NCBI GenBank assembly: GCA_035635335.1 | Contig: DASQBG010000065.1 | Span: 2,158 to 66,157 of the forward strand | Source of the DNA: Myxococcales bacterium | Lineage (GTDB): Bacteria > Myxococcota > Myxococcia > Myxococcales > 40CM-4-68-19 | Reading direction: 5' to 3' | Length of the DNA: 64,000 nt | In this document: positions 1 through 9,500 of the stretch, piece after piece | Numbering within the stretch: position 1 is the first letter of the stretch | How the letters are laid out: each line of letters opens with the position of its first letter | Notes under the pieces: generated by a model | The model's database searches: none | What the model saw: only the letters and a program-made list of their open reading frames with translations | What the model was told of the DNA's origin: nothing | Translations under genes and position numbers: made by a program

Positions 1-851
1 GGCTGTCGCTGCGCGTGCGCGAGCGAGGTCCCCAGGATGGGCCTGCCTCCGTTCTGCTGCACGGATGGCTCGACCACCGCGGCTCGTTCGACCTGCTCGC
101 GCCGCTCCTTCCCGGCCGCAGCGTCGCGGTCGACCAGCGCGGGCACGGCGATTCCTCCTGGGCGGGCGCGGGCGCCTTCTACCACTTCGTCGAGTACCTC
201 GGGGACCTGGACGGCCTCTTGCGCGAGCTGAAGCTGGCCGCGCCGGTGCGACTGGTCGGCCACTCCATGGGCGGCGCGGTCTCGCTGCTCTACGCCGCCG
301 CGCGACCGGATCTCGTCGCGCACGTGACGCTGCTCGACGCGGCGCCGCTGCTCATCGCGCCGGCCGAGGTGCCCGATCGGCTGTCCGGGTGGCTGGAGGA
401 TCTGGCGAAGCCCCGGGCCCGCCGCGCGGTCGCATCGGTCGACGAGGCGCGCGAGCGGATGGAGCGCGCCAACCCGGACCTCGCCCCCGCCGCCGCTCGC
501 CTGCTCGCCCAGGGAGCGGTCGGTCCCGACCCTGCCCAAGGCGGCGCGTTGGCCTGGAAATGGGACCCGCTGCTGCGGGCGCGCTCTCCGTTGCCCTACA
601 CGAAGGAGGTCCTCCAGGCGCTCGTGGGCCGGGTGCGAGCGCCGGTGCTGGTGCTGCGGGCGGAGCGCGGACACTTGCCGCACGAGCAGCAGCTCCGGTC
701 GTGGCTCTCCCCCGTCCCGTCACTCACCGTCGAGACTGTGCCCGGGACCAGCCACCACCTGCACATCGAGCAGCCGGAGCTCGTGGCGGACCGGATCCGG
801 CAGGCGTGGGACGCGGCCGCACGCGACGCGCCGCCGGCCGGCCGGTTATAA
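1..851 (+). CDS. alpha/beta-fold hydrolase (5' end probably outside window)
   Basis: ORF 15..851. VLLHGW oxyanion-region motif and GHSMGG nucleophile elbow. In-frame coding-like sequence (LSLRV...) continues to the window edge, so the GTG at 15 may not be the true start. Confidence 0.8.
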   Translation, partial: LSLRVRERGPQDGPASVLLHGWLDHRGSFDLLAPLLPGRSVAVDQRGHGDSSWAGAGAFYHFVEYLGDLDGLLRELKLAAPVRLVGHSMGGAVSLLYAAARPDLVAHVTLLDAAPLLIAPAEVPDRLSGWLEDLAKPRARRAVASVDEARERMERANPDLAPAAARLLAQGAVGPDPAQGGALAWKWDPLLRARSPLPYTKEVLQALVGRVRAPVLVLRAERGHLPHEQQLRSWLSPVPSLTVETVPGTSHHLHIEQPELVADRIRQAWDAAARDAPPAGRL

Positions 852-861
852 AGCGGCCGCC

Positions 862-2025
862 GTGAGCGACATCGGGGTCTACATCCACTTCCCGTACTGC
901 CTGTCGAAGTGCCCGTACTGCGATTTCGCCTCGCGGGCCGAGAAGGTGATTCCGCAGGAGCGGTACACGCGCGCCATTCTGCGCGAGCTGCGCGAGCGCG
1001 CCCCGGAGTTCGCCGGGCGGCGGGCGGTGTCCATCTACTTCGGCGGCGGGACGCCTTCGCTCTGGGACCCGGAAGGCGTGGACGGCGTGCTGCGCGAGGT
1101 GCGCACCCGGTTCGAGGTCGCCCCGTCCGCGGAGGTCACCCTCGAGGCGAACCCGGGCACGACCGACGAGGTGCGCTTCTCCGCCTTCCGGGCGGCCGGC
1201 GTGAACCGGCTCTCGATCGGCGTGCAATCCTTCGCCGCTCCGCAGTTGGTGGCGCTCGGGCGGCAGCACTCCGGCGGCGACGCGGTGAGAGCCTACCGGA
1301 CCGCGCGCGCCGCGGGGTTCGAGAACGTCTCGCTCGACCTGATCCACGGTGCGGAAGGCCAGACGGACGAGGGCGCGGGGCGCGACGCGGCGGCGGCGGT
1401 CGCGCTCGGTCCCGAGCACGTGAGCTGCTACGCGCTGACGCTCACCGGGCTGGCCGAAGAGGTGCCGATGGCCAAGGCGGTGCGCCGGGGGGAGCTGCGG
1501 CTGCCCGACGACGAGGCCCAGGCAGCGATGGGCGACGCGGTCCGCGGCGAGCTGCGCCGCGCAGGGTACGCCCGCTACGAGATCTCCAACTACGCGCGGC
1601 CGGGATACGAGGCGGTGCACAACTCGCTCTACTGGCGCGGGCTGGAGTACGCCGCGGCAGGATGCGGTGCGTGCGGCTTCCGCAGGCTCTCCGAAGGTCC
1701 CGCCGTCGCGCGCCGCTGGATGAACGATCGCTCGCCCGAGCGTTACCTGGAACGGGTCGAGGCGAGCGGCCTCGGAGAGGCACAGGCGGAGGAGCTGGGC
1801 GCCGAGGACCACCTGCGCGAGCGCCTCTTCACCGGCCTGCGGCTCGCGGCCGGTCTCGACCTGGGCGCCCTGGAGGACGATCTGGGCCTGCCGGTGCGCT
1901 CCCGGTTCGGGCCCCAGATCGATCGGCTGCGCCGCGAAGGTCTCGCCGAGTTGGACGGCCCGACCCTGCGCCTCACCGAGGCTGGCCTCGACCTGCACAG
2001 CGAAGTGGCGCTCCGGTTCTTCTGA
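862..2025 (+). CDS. hemW: radical SAM heme chaperone HemW (HemN-like, oxygen-independent coproporphyrinogen oxidase family)
   Basis: ORF 862..2025. N-terminal YIHFPYCLSKCPYCDF (CxxxCxxC radical SAM cluster), GGGTPS, and HemN-type C-terminal domain. Confidence 0.9.
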   Translation: MSDIGVYIHFPYCLSKCPYCDFASRAEKVIPQERYTRAILRELRERAPEFAGRRAVSIYFGGGTPSLWDPEGVDGVLREVRTRFEVAPSAEVTLEANPGTTDEVRFSAFRAAGVNRLSIGVQSFAAPQLVALGRQHSGGDAVRAYRTARAAGFENVSLDLIHGAEGQTDEGAGRDAAAAVALGPEHVSCYALTLTGLAEEVPMAKAVRRGELRLPDDEAQAAMGDAVRGELRRAGYARYEISNYARPGYEAVHNSLYWRGLEYAAAGCGACGFRRLSEGPAVARRWMNDRSPERYLERVEASGLGEAQAEELGAEDHLRERLFTGLRLAAGLDLGALEDDLGLPVRSRFGPQIDRLRREGLAELDGPTLRLTEAGLDLHSEVALRFF

Positions 2026-2126
2026 GCCTGGACCGCAAGCCCGCAGGCGCGGTCCGTCGCAGAAGAACCCAGATTGTGTTCCCGTGGCCGGTTCGGGATG
2101 ATGCTTGATTGAAAAGAGGTGGTTTC

Positions 2127-2624
2127 ATGCGGCGAATGTTGCGACAACGCTTGCTCCTGTCAGTATCAATGCCACTGTTGACCGTGAAGATTGTCCTGGC
2201 GGCCCTGTTGCTTCTGACGTCGTGCCGCGTAGACGTGAACTCGGGCCCGCCAAGGTTCGCGCTTACGGGACCAGCGAACTGGGCGATCGGAGGCCAACAA
2301 TATTCTCTCCAGGCAACGTACATCATGTCGCGAATCGACCTGCCGGATTCTCCCTTGCAATTCACCGTAGAGTACACATGCGAGCAATGTGCTTTTGGAA
2401 AGATGACCGACGACGCTGCTATGAAGGCGGCGCTTCCTATCATGACCTACGCATACAAGAACGGTCTGTACAAGCGTTCAAACGTAACGCTCAATGGCGC
2501 GCCGACGGAGCCGCGGCTCATCGGTGTGGTTCTCGTTGAACCGGGTACCCGTGGGCAGAAGGGGTATCGAATCGCCCGGTCAATTCGAGAGATTGAGGCC
2601 CTCTCACGTTCCCCAAAGTTGTAG
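2127..2624 (+). CDS. orphan lipoprotein, unknown function, in a low-GC islet
   Basis: ORF 2109..2624. The ATG at 2127 is preceded by AGAGGTGG. Signal peptide ends in the lipobox LLLTSC. No family recognised. Local GC is far below the flanks. Confidence 0.55.
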   Translation: MRRMLRQRLLLSVSMPLLTVKIVLAALLLLTSCRVDVNSGPPRFALTGPANWAIGGQQYSLQATYIMSRIDLPDSPLQFTVEYTCEQCAFGKMTDDAAMKAALPIMTYAYKNGLYKRSNVTLNGAPTEPRLIGVVLVEPGTRGQKGYRIARSIREIEALSRSPKL

Positions 2625-2661
2625 TGCTTTACGTTACCAGACGCGCCGTGCAGCGATGGAT

Positions 2662-5600
2662 TCAAGGAGCGAGCACCAGCTCCTGCTCCTCCACGTCGTC
2701 GACGCGGCGGGCGAAATCGGCGAATTCCCGGTAGCGGGAGGGCGGGACGCGCTGCTGCGGCAGGGCGAACGACTCCTCGACCACGAGCTTGCCGCGCTCC
2801 TCGCGCGCGCTCCAGGAGAACTCTCCGTATGCGGTGCGCAGCGCGACGGGCGCCGGCGGCGCGCGCAGGTGGAAGCCCTTCGGGAGCGCGATCTCGGCGC
2901 GCGTGGTCTGGTTCTCGGCCGAGTCGACCAGGAGCGGCAACGCGCGCTCCGCCTTCTGCACCCAGCGGCGCGACAGCCGCTGCGGCGAGAGCGACGCGGG
3001 CAGGAAGAGCTGCGCTCCGTCGCGGCGCGCCAGCTGCACCCGCAGGCCATACACGAGCGTGGTCGTCCCGCCCACGTCCGACTCACCCTCGGCGGAGAGC
3101 GACTCCAACTCCACCCCGCGCAGCCCGCGCCCGAGCATCGCCTCGACGGCCTGCTTGCGCTGGGTGTCGTCATATCGCTCCAGCGCGTCCTTCAGGCCGG
3201 CGGCCTCGAAGCCCAGGTGCCTGTCGCGGCCGTTGCCCGTCGCCGCCCCGGAGGTGTCGAGGGTCAGCTGGAGCGCGACGTCGCGCCCATCGTCCGCCGG
3301 ACCCGGCGGCGTGCGGATTTGCTGGGGCTCCTCGCCCGGCTCGGGCACCACCCACGCGTCCTGTCCGCGGAGGAAGGCGGGCAGCCGATCGAAGGGGGCC
3401 AGGCGGTAGGTCGGATCCACCCAGGCAGCTCCGTCGGGAAGGTCGATGCGCAGGACCGCCCAGCCGTACGCGTCGCCGCGCGGGAATCGATAGGGCGCCT
3501 GGTCCTGGTTGAACCCGCGCACCAGCACGATGTGGCTGGGGATGCCGGCGGAGGCCAGCGCTGCCTTGAGTGGCAGAAGGCGATTCCCGCGCCCCTGCGC
3601 GAGGACGTGCGCGGCGGGCACCGAGAAGTCCGATCCCTGCGAGCGCCCGCGCACGACCTGCGCCACGGCGGCGTGGATGCGAAGGGCCTGCTCGCGCGGC
3701 GTCCCGCCTCCGGCCGCGCGGGCCAGCTCGTCGGTGGCCCTGCCCGCCCGGCCGCGCAGGAGCGCCCAGTCGGCCATCGAGCGCACCAGCTCGCGCTGGC
3801 CGGCGCCCGCGCCCACCTGGATCCAGGGCATCGTCTCCGCCTCCGGCGGCTCGTGCGGCTCGGGCTCCTGCGGCGCGACGTCTCGCGCCGACATCCGGAA
3901 GCGCTGCTCGCCCGCCACCCTCTCGATGGGCGGCGCGGCCGTGTTGTGCGCGTCCACTTCCAGCGGCAGCCCCGCCGGCGCGCGCACCTCGTACGTGCTC
4001 TCGACCATCGGCGTCTGCTCGTCGCGGAAGAAGAACCCGCCCGGCGCAATGCCCGGCAGGTCCGGCCCCCGCGGCGGCAGGGCGTGGAGGTAGTCGATCT
4101 CGATCGCGTCGCCCGGCTCCAGGCCCGGCAGCGTCACGCCCTCCTTCTCCGGGATGGATTCCGGCTCGAGCGTGCGGCCGTCCGGCTTGATGGTGCGCAG
4201 GCGCAGCACGTCGGCGTCGCCCGGGAGGTGCGCCTCTCCGAAGCGCGAGACCCCCTTCTTGTCGAGCACCCGGACCACGGTGTGCACCCGCTCGACCGCG
4301 CCGCCATCGGGGTAGATCTGGAGCGCCCCGTGGTCCAGCAGCCGGACCGCGGATGCCCCGGGCGGCACCTTCACCTTCGCGTCGCGGGCGAGCGACAAGC
4401 CGTCGCGGTCGGCCCAGGACATCACTTCCTCGCCCCGGGAGAGCGCGAGCTGGCGACGCAGGCCCAGGTCTCCGGGCGCGAGAGCCACGGCGCGCGCGCG
4501 CACCTCGTCCGCTCCGCGGGCGTCACCGCTCGCCTCGAGCAGTCCGGCGAGCCGGCGCAGCGGATCCGCGCTCCGGGGCGCCAGCGTCGCGGCCAGCCGC
4601 AGCGTGCGCGCTGCCGCGCCCACCTCGTTGCGCGCGCCCTGCACCTCGGCGAGCGCGTGCAGGCGCGCAGGCTGGGCCGGGTGGGCGGCGGCGATCAGGG
4701 CGAGCAATTCCTCCGCGCGCGGCAGGTCCCGCCGGTCGCGCAGCAGGCCGGCCAGGGTGGCCGCCCCATCGCCGCAAGCGAGGAGCCCTTCGGCGGCCTT
4801 CCGCTGGTCGGGAAGGCTGCCGTCGCGCCGGGCCAGCTCGTACCGCAGGGATCGGGCCTCGCAGCGGTCGGGGTCGGCCCGAAGCGCCGAGTCGACCCCT
4901 GCGCGCGCCGCGGACGAGTTCCCCTGCGCGTCGAGCAGCCGGGCACGGGCGAGCTGCAAGCGGGCCGGCAGCGCCGCGGCGGGCGGCGGACGCGCGGAGA
5001 CGGCGGCGGCCGGCTTGATGCCGGCAGGGCGCGCCGGAGCGTCGTGCAGGTGCCGCAGCGCCGCCTCGGCCTGCTGCAGCTCCTGGGCCGCGTCGTCGTA
5101 TCGCTCCGCATCGCGCTGCAGCGCCGCGGCGGTGAGCCGGGCCCGGAGCAGCAGCGGGTCTTTCCGGGCTGCTTGCGACAGATCGACCAGCGCGCGCGAC
5201 CGGCCGAGCCGGTCCGGCACCTCGGGGTCGCGCAGCACCTCCTGGGCCCGCAGCAGCAAGGCCGGCGCTCCGGAAGCGGTCAGCGCGACGGCCCGATCCA
5301 CTGCCGCCCGCGCCGGGGCGCGCTCGTCGCCGACGACCGCGCGCGCCAGGAGCCAGGCCGCGAGCGGGTCGCCGCCGTCCTCGCTCAGGCGCTCTTCCGC
5401 CATGCGACGCAGCGAAGGAGGCTCCGCCCACGCGGCGGGAGCGGAGCAGCTGCGGCCCAGCGGGCAGGGCGCCTCGAGGCGCGCGCCGCCGAGCTGCGCC
5501 GGAGCGGCGCTGACCAAGTCCGCGGGAGCGCCGTCCGCGCGCACCAGCGTGAGCCGGAAGCGCGCCCCCTCGGCGCGGCTCCACCGCACCAGCGCCTGGT

Positions 5601-6549
5601 GCGTGCCCGGCGCGAGCCTCACCGCGACGGTCTGCGCGCGCGGCATCTCGCGCGGATACGGCGACCGGGAGATCGCGACGGCGCCGTCGAATCGCAGCTC
5701 GAGCGCGGCCGCGCCCTCGATCCAGGCGAGGTAGTCGCCGCCGCGCTCCAAGCGCAGCGAGCTTTCGGCATAGAAGACATCGCCTTCGGACGGCTCCAGG
5801 TCGAGCCCGACGTCCCCGTCCGGGAAATCGAGCGCGCGCGAGCCCGTCGGCCCCGCCGGGCCCTGCGCCGGCGCCGTCGCGGGGGCCGGCCCGTCCAGCG
5901 GCAGAGGACGCGAAAGGTCGAACAGCCGGGACGCGCCGAAGGGCCCGGCCACGCGCCAGTTGCGCACCGCGCCCATCCGCCGCCACGCCTCGGCCTCGGC
6001 CGGCGGACCCACCTCGGCGACCCTGGCGCTGAGCGATCGCGCCGCCGCCTCGCGCAAGAGACGCGCTGCGCGGGGTGAGAGGCCGTCCGGGGCGCGCTCC
6101 GCCGCTTCCACGATCGCATCGTCGACCGCGCGGGAATCGCCCTGCACGTCGAGCAGCCGCGACGCGGCGAGCTCCGCCACGGGATCGGACGGCGCTGCTC
6201 GCAGCGCGGCGATCCACGCCTGGACCGCCGGCTGGGTGTCGAGGCGATCCTCGAGGATCTCCGCCAGCCCGCAGAGCGCCAGCGCCCGGGCGCGATCCCT
6301 CCCGTCCCGCGCGGCCGCGCGGAGCCGCTCCTCGGCCCCGGGCGCGTCCGAGGCGACCAGGTAGCGGAGCCAGCCGGCCCGCGCCGCCGCCATCGGATCG
6401 GCGGGCGCCGCCCGCTCGGCATCGTCGAGGCGGCGGCGCGCCTCCTCTTCCGGGTTCGCGGGTGGCGCCGCTCCGCGCCCCGCGTGCCCGCAGGCGAGCG
6501 CGAACATGGAAACCGCCAGCAGCGCGGCCGGACGCGTGAGCCGATGCAC
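2662..6549 (-). CDS. giant secreted lipoprotein: TPR-like repeats + beta module + DUF3857-like + degenerate transglutaminase-like core
   Basis: Distal 1295 codons of ORF 2662..7842. The GTG at 6549, 2 nt after the upstream stop, gives MHRLTRPAALLAVSMFALAC (lipobox). WRVAGPF beta module. The transglutaminase-core region reads QGRGNRLLPLK / YGWAVLRI / VDPT, so the Cys and His positions are replaced by Gly and Trp. Confidence 0.8.
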   Translation of the reverse strand: MHRLTRPAALLAVSMFALACGHAGRGAAPPANPEEEARRRLDDAERAAPADPMAAARAGWLRYLVASDAPGAEERLRAAARDGRDRARALALCGLAEILEDRLDTQPAVQAWIAALRAAPSDPVAELAASRLLDVQGDSRAVDDAIVEAAERAPDGLSPRAARLLREAAARSLSARVAEVGPPAEAEAWRRMGAVRNWRVAGPFGASRLFDLSRPLPLDGPAPATAPAQGPAGPTGSRALDFPDGDVGLDLEPSEGDVFYAESSLRLERGGDYLAWIEGAAALELRFDGAVAISRSPYPREMPRAQTVAVRLAPGTHQALVRWSRAEGARFRLTLVRADGAPADLVSAAPAQLGGARLEAPCPLGRSCSAPAAWAEPPSLRRMAEERLSEDGGDPLAAWLLARAVVGDERAPARAAVDRAVALTASGAPALLLRAQEVLRDPEVPDRLGRSRALVDLSQAARKDPLLLRARLTAAALQRDAERYDDAAQELQQAEAALRHLHDAPARPAGIKPAAAVSARPPPAAALPARLQLARARLLDAQGNSSAARAGVDSALRADPDRCEARSLRYELARRDGSLPDQRKAAEGLLACGDGAATLAGLLRDRRDLPRAEELLALIAAAHPAQPARLHALAEVQGARNEVGAAARTLRLAATLAPRSADPLRRLAGLLEASGDARGADEVRARAVALAPGDLGLRRQLALSRGEEVMSWADRDGLSLARDAKVKVPPGASAVRLLDHGALQIYPDGGAVERVHTVVRVLDKKGVSRFGEAHLPGDADVLRLRTIKPDGRTLEPESIPEKEGVTLPGLEPGDAIEIDYLHALPPRGPDLPGIAPGGFFFRDEQTPMVESTYEVRAPAGLPLEVDAHNTAAPPIERVAGEQRFRMSARDVAPQEPEPHEPPEAETMPWIQVGAGAGQRELVRSMADWALLRGRAGRATDELARAAGGGTPREQALRIHAAVAQVVRGRSQGSDFSVPAAHVLAQGRGNRLLPLKAALASAGIPSHIVLVRGFNQDQAPYRFPRGDAYGWAVLRIDLPDGAAWVDPTYRLAPFDRLPAFLRGQDAWVVPEPGEEPQQIRTPPGPADDGRDVALQLTLDTSGAATGNGRDRHLGFEAAGLKDALERYDDTQRKQAVEAMLGRGLRGVELESLSAEGESDVGGTTTLVYGLRVQLARRDGAQLFLPASLSPQRLSRRWVQKAERALPLLVDSAENQTTRAEIALPKGFHLRAPPAPVALRTAYGEFSWSAREERGKLVVEESFALPQQRVPPSRYREFADFARRVDDVEEQELVLAP

Positions 6550-6551
6550 GA

Positions 6552-9500
6552 TCAGCGGCCCTCGTTCGCGGCGGTCTGCGCGGGCGGGGCCGCCTCGACC
6601 TTGCGGAGCAAGGCCCGGTCGAGCCTGCCCAGGAACGAGCGGAACGCCGCGTACTCCTGCGGCGCCACCGTGCCGCCCTTCAGCTCCAGCGTGAGGCTCG
6701 CGGTCACCTTGCCCTCGCCGCCCGCGTACTTGATCGACCAGCTCCCCTGGAGAGCTTCCTCCGACGCGTCCTGCGGCACGACGGCGCGGAAGCCCCGCGG
6801 CAGCTCGACTTCCGCGGCCACCGTCAGGCGCTGCGGAGCAGGCAGGCGCTGGGGCAGCGCGCGCCGAGAGAGCTGCGCGTACGACTCGACATAGCTGCGC
6901 TGCTGCCCGAAGGGCGAGAAGCGGAGCGCGCCGCCGGACAGCGTCGCAAACGCCGGCGCGTCCGCCTTGAAGCGCGCGGTGAACGGCCGCTCGATGTCGT
7001 GCGGGTCCGAGACCTCGACCTCGGTCACCTTGACGCCTGGGAACGCCGCCCGGGCCAGTTGCTCCTCCGCCCGCGCGCGCCGCTCGTCGGGCGACTCGAA
7101 GGTCCTGCGCAGCTCGGCCGTCCAGGGGCCGCGCGCGCTCGCCGTCAGGTCCAGGATGGCGCTGCCGTCCGCCCTCAACGAGAGCCGGGCGCGCGTGTCG
7201 TCGACGTTGTCGGCCGGACGCGCGTCGGGCGTGCGGCGGATCCGCGACCCGGTGCCGTCCGGCTCGATCACCAGGGCCTCCGCGCCGCGGTCGTCGGGCG
7301 GCAGCTCGCCTGAGCCGTGGAACTCGGCGGTGCCGTCCAGGTACAGCTCGTACTTGGGGACGTAGAGGATGGCATGGTCGAACACGGCCAGCGATGCCGG
7401 CGCCTCTGACAGGTTGCCCATCCTTCTGGTGCGAAGCAGCACCAGCCGCGAGTCGATGCCCAGCGCCTCCAGCATGGCGTGCATGAGCGACGCCTTGTCC
7501 TTGCAGTCGCCGAAGCGGCGGGTGAGCACGATCTCCACCGGGTACGGCTTGAAGCTGTGGATCCCGAACTCGAGCGCCACGTAGCGCGTCCGCGACACCA
7601 CGTAGTCGTAGACGCCGCGGATGCGCGCCTGCTCGTCGTCCGGCCGGACGCCCCGCACCGCTTCCTCGGCTGCAGCGCGGACCTCGGAGGTGACGCGCAG
7701 CTGGTCCTTGACCAGGCCCCAATAGAAGCGCGCCACGCTCTCCCAATCCTTGTAGGTGGACACGTGCACGTACGCGAGCAGGTCGCTCGTGCCCGGCATC
7801 GACGGCTCGGGCACCACCCGGGGCACGTCGCGCGCGGTCCACCGCTGCCAGGTGCCGCCGTCGGGGAGCTTGCCCTGCTGGTGGGTCAGGCTGGGCAGCG
7901 GCGAGGCCGCGGCGTAGAAGCTGCGCCCGGGCGGGCCCAGGAGCACGTAGTCCGCGATGCCCTTGCGCGAATAGCCTTGCAGGTATTGGAAGTCGCCGAA
8001 GTAATCGGCGAAGAAGTTGGTGCCGGAGTCGTCGATCCGCTGCACCAGCTCGAGCGTGTCGCCCGGCTCCAGCTGGGGGAACCCGACCACGCGCGATCGC
8101 AGGTCGTAGTACATCGCGTACCAGGGCTCGCTCACGGTGCGGTCGCCGTCGCTGCGGCTCTCCACCACCGTGCCGTCCTTGCGCACGACCCGGGCGCGCT
8201 CGATGCGCACCACCTGCCGGTCCGGCGAGTACTGCACCGACTGCCAGCGCGACTGGTCCACGCCGCGCTGGGTGAGCGCGCGCAGCACCAGCTGGCGCGT
8301 GCGCGACGAGAGGCCGTTGGCGAAGACCCGCGTGACGCTGAGGTCGGCGAGGATCTCGACGTCGTCGCCGCCGGCGGCGGTGGGCGCCTTGGCGAGGGCG
8401 GCCGCGTCGTAGAGATAGGGCGCGGCGTATTGCTCCTCGGGACGCACGGTGCGCATCAGCTCGCGCAGGGCAGGGTTCTGCGGCTTGAGCGCCAGCGCCT
8501 GGGTGAAGGCGGCCAGGGCGCCGGCGTCGTCGCGCTGGCGCAGGCGGTGGCGGCCGAGCGCCTCGTGCACGTCGGGACGGTCCGGCGCGAGGTCGAGCAG
8601 CTCGGCATAGGCGCGATCGGCCTCGGCGGCGCGCCCGTTCTGCGAGAGCAGCTCGGCGGCGCGCAGGCGCGTGTACGGCGAGGCGGGGTCCAGCGAGATG
8701 GACTCGCCCAGGAGGCGCAGCGCGCCGTCGAGGTCGCCGCGGTCGAGCAGGAGCGCGGCCAGGTCTCCCCGCGCCTCCCCGTCGTCGAAGCGGGCGGCGA
8801 GCGCGGCGCGCAGCTCGGCCTCGGACTCGGCTGCGCGGCCCAGGCGCCGCTGCGCGTTCGCGGCTGCCCGGCGCGCGGCCGGCAGGGCGGGATGCCGCCG
8901 CGCGGCCTCGAGCCGCAGCAGCGAAGCGCGCGCGGTGAGGCCGACCGCCTCGAGAGCGCGCGCGAGCGTCAGCGCCGGCTGCAGCGCACCCGGCGCGGCC
9001 GCGCGGGCCTTCTCCGCGAGCCGCACCGCGCCCCAGGGATCGGCGTGCTCGATCCGCTGCGCGGCGAGCGCATCCAGCACCGCCGAATCCTGCGGATCCC
9101 GAGCCAGCGCCCGCTCCAGGGCCGCGCGGCGGCGGTTCCCGTCGCGGTCCTCGTAGCGGGAGAGGCGCAGCTCGATCTGCGCATCCCCGGGCGCGGCATC
9201 GGAGGCGCGCTCCTGCGCGTGCAACGCCAGGCGCTCTCCTTCGTCGTCCGGCCGGCGCCAGGCGAGCAGGACGGCCAGGTCCTCCTGGGCGCGCGCATCC
9301 TCCGGGTGGAGCCGGGCGGCCTCGCGCAGCTCGCCCAGCGCGTCGGGGACGCGGGCCGGGAGCTTGCGGGCAGGGGCCTCCTGCACCGCCGCGAGCGCCC
9401 GCTTGCCGTCCGGCGCCCGCGCGGACCGCGCCAGCTCTGGCAGAGGCTCGTCGCGCTCATCGCAGATGCGCAGGGAGAAGCCGGGCTTGCCGATCCCGTG

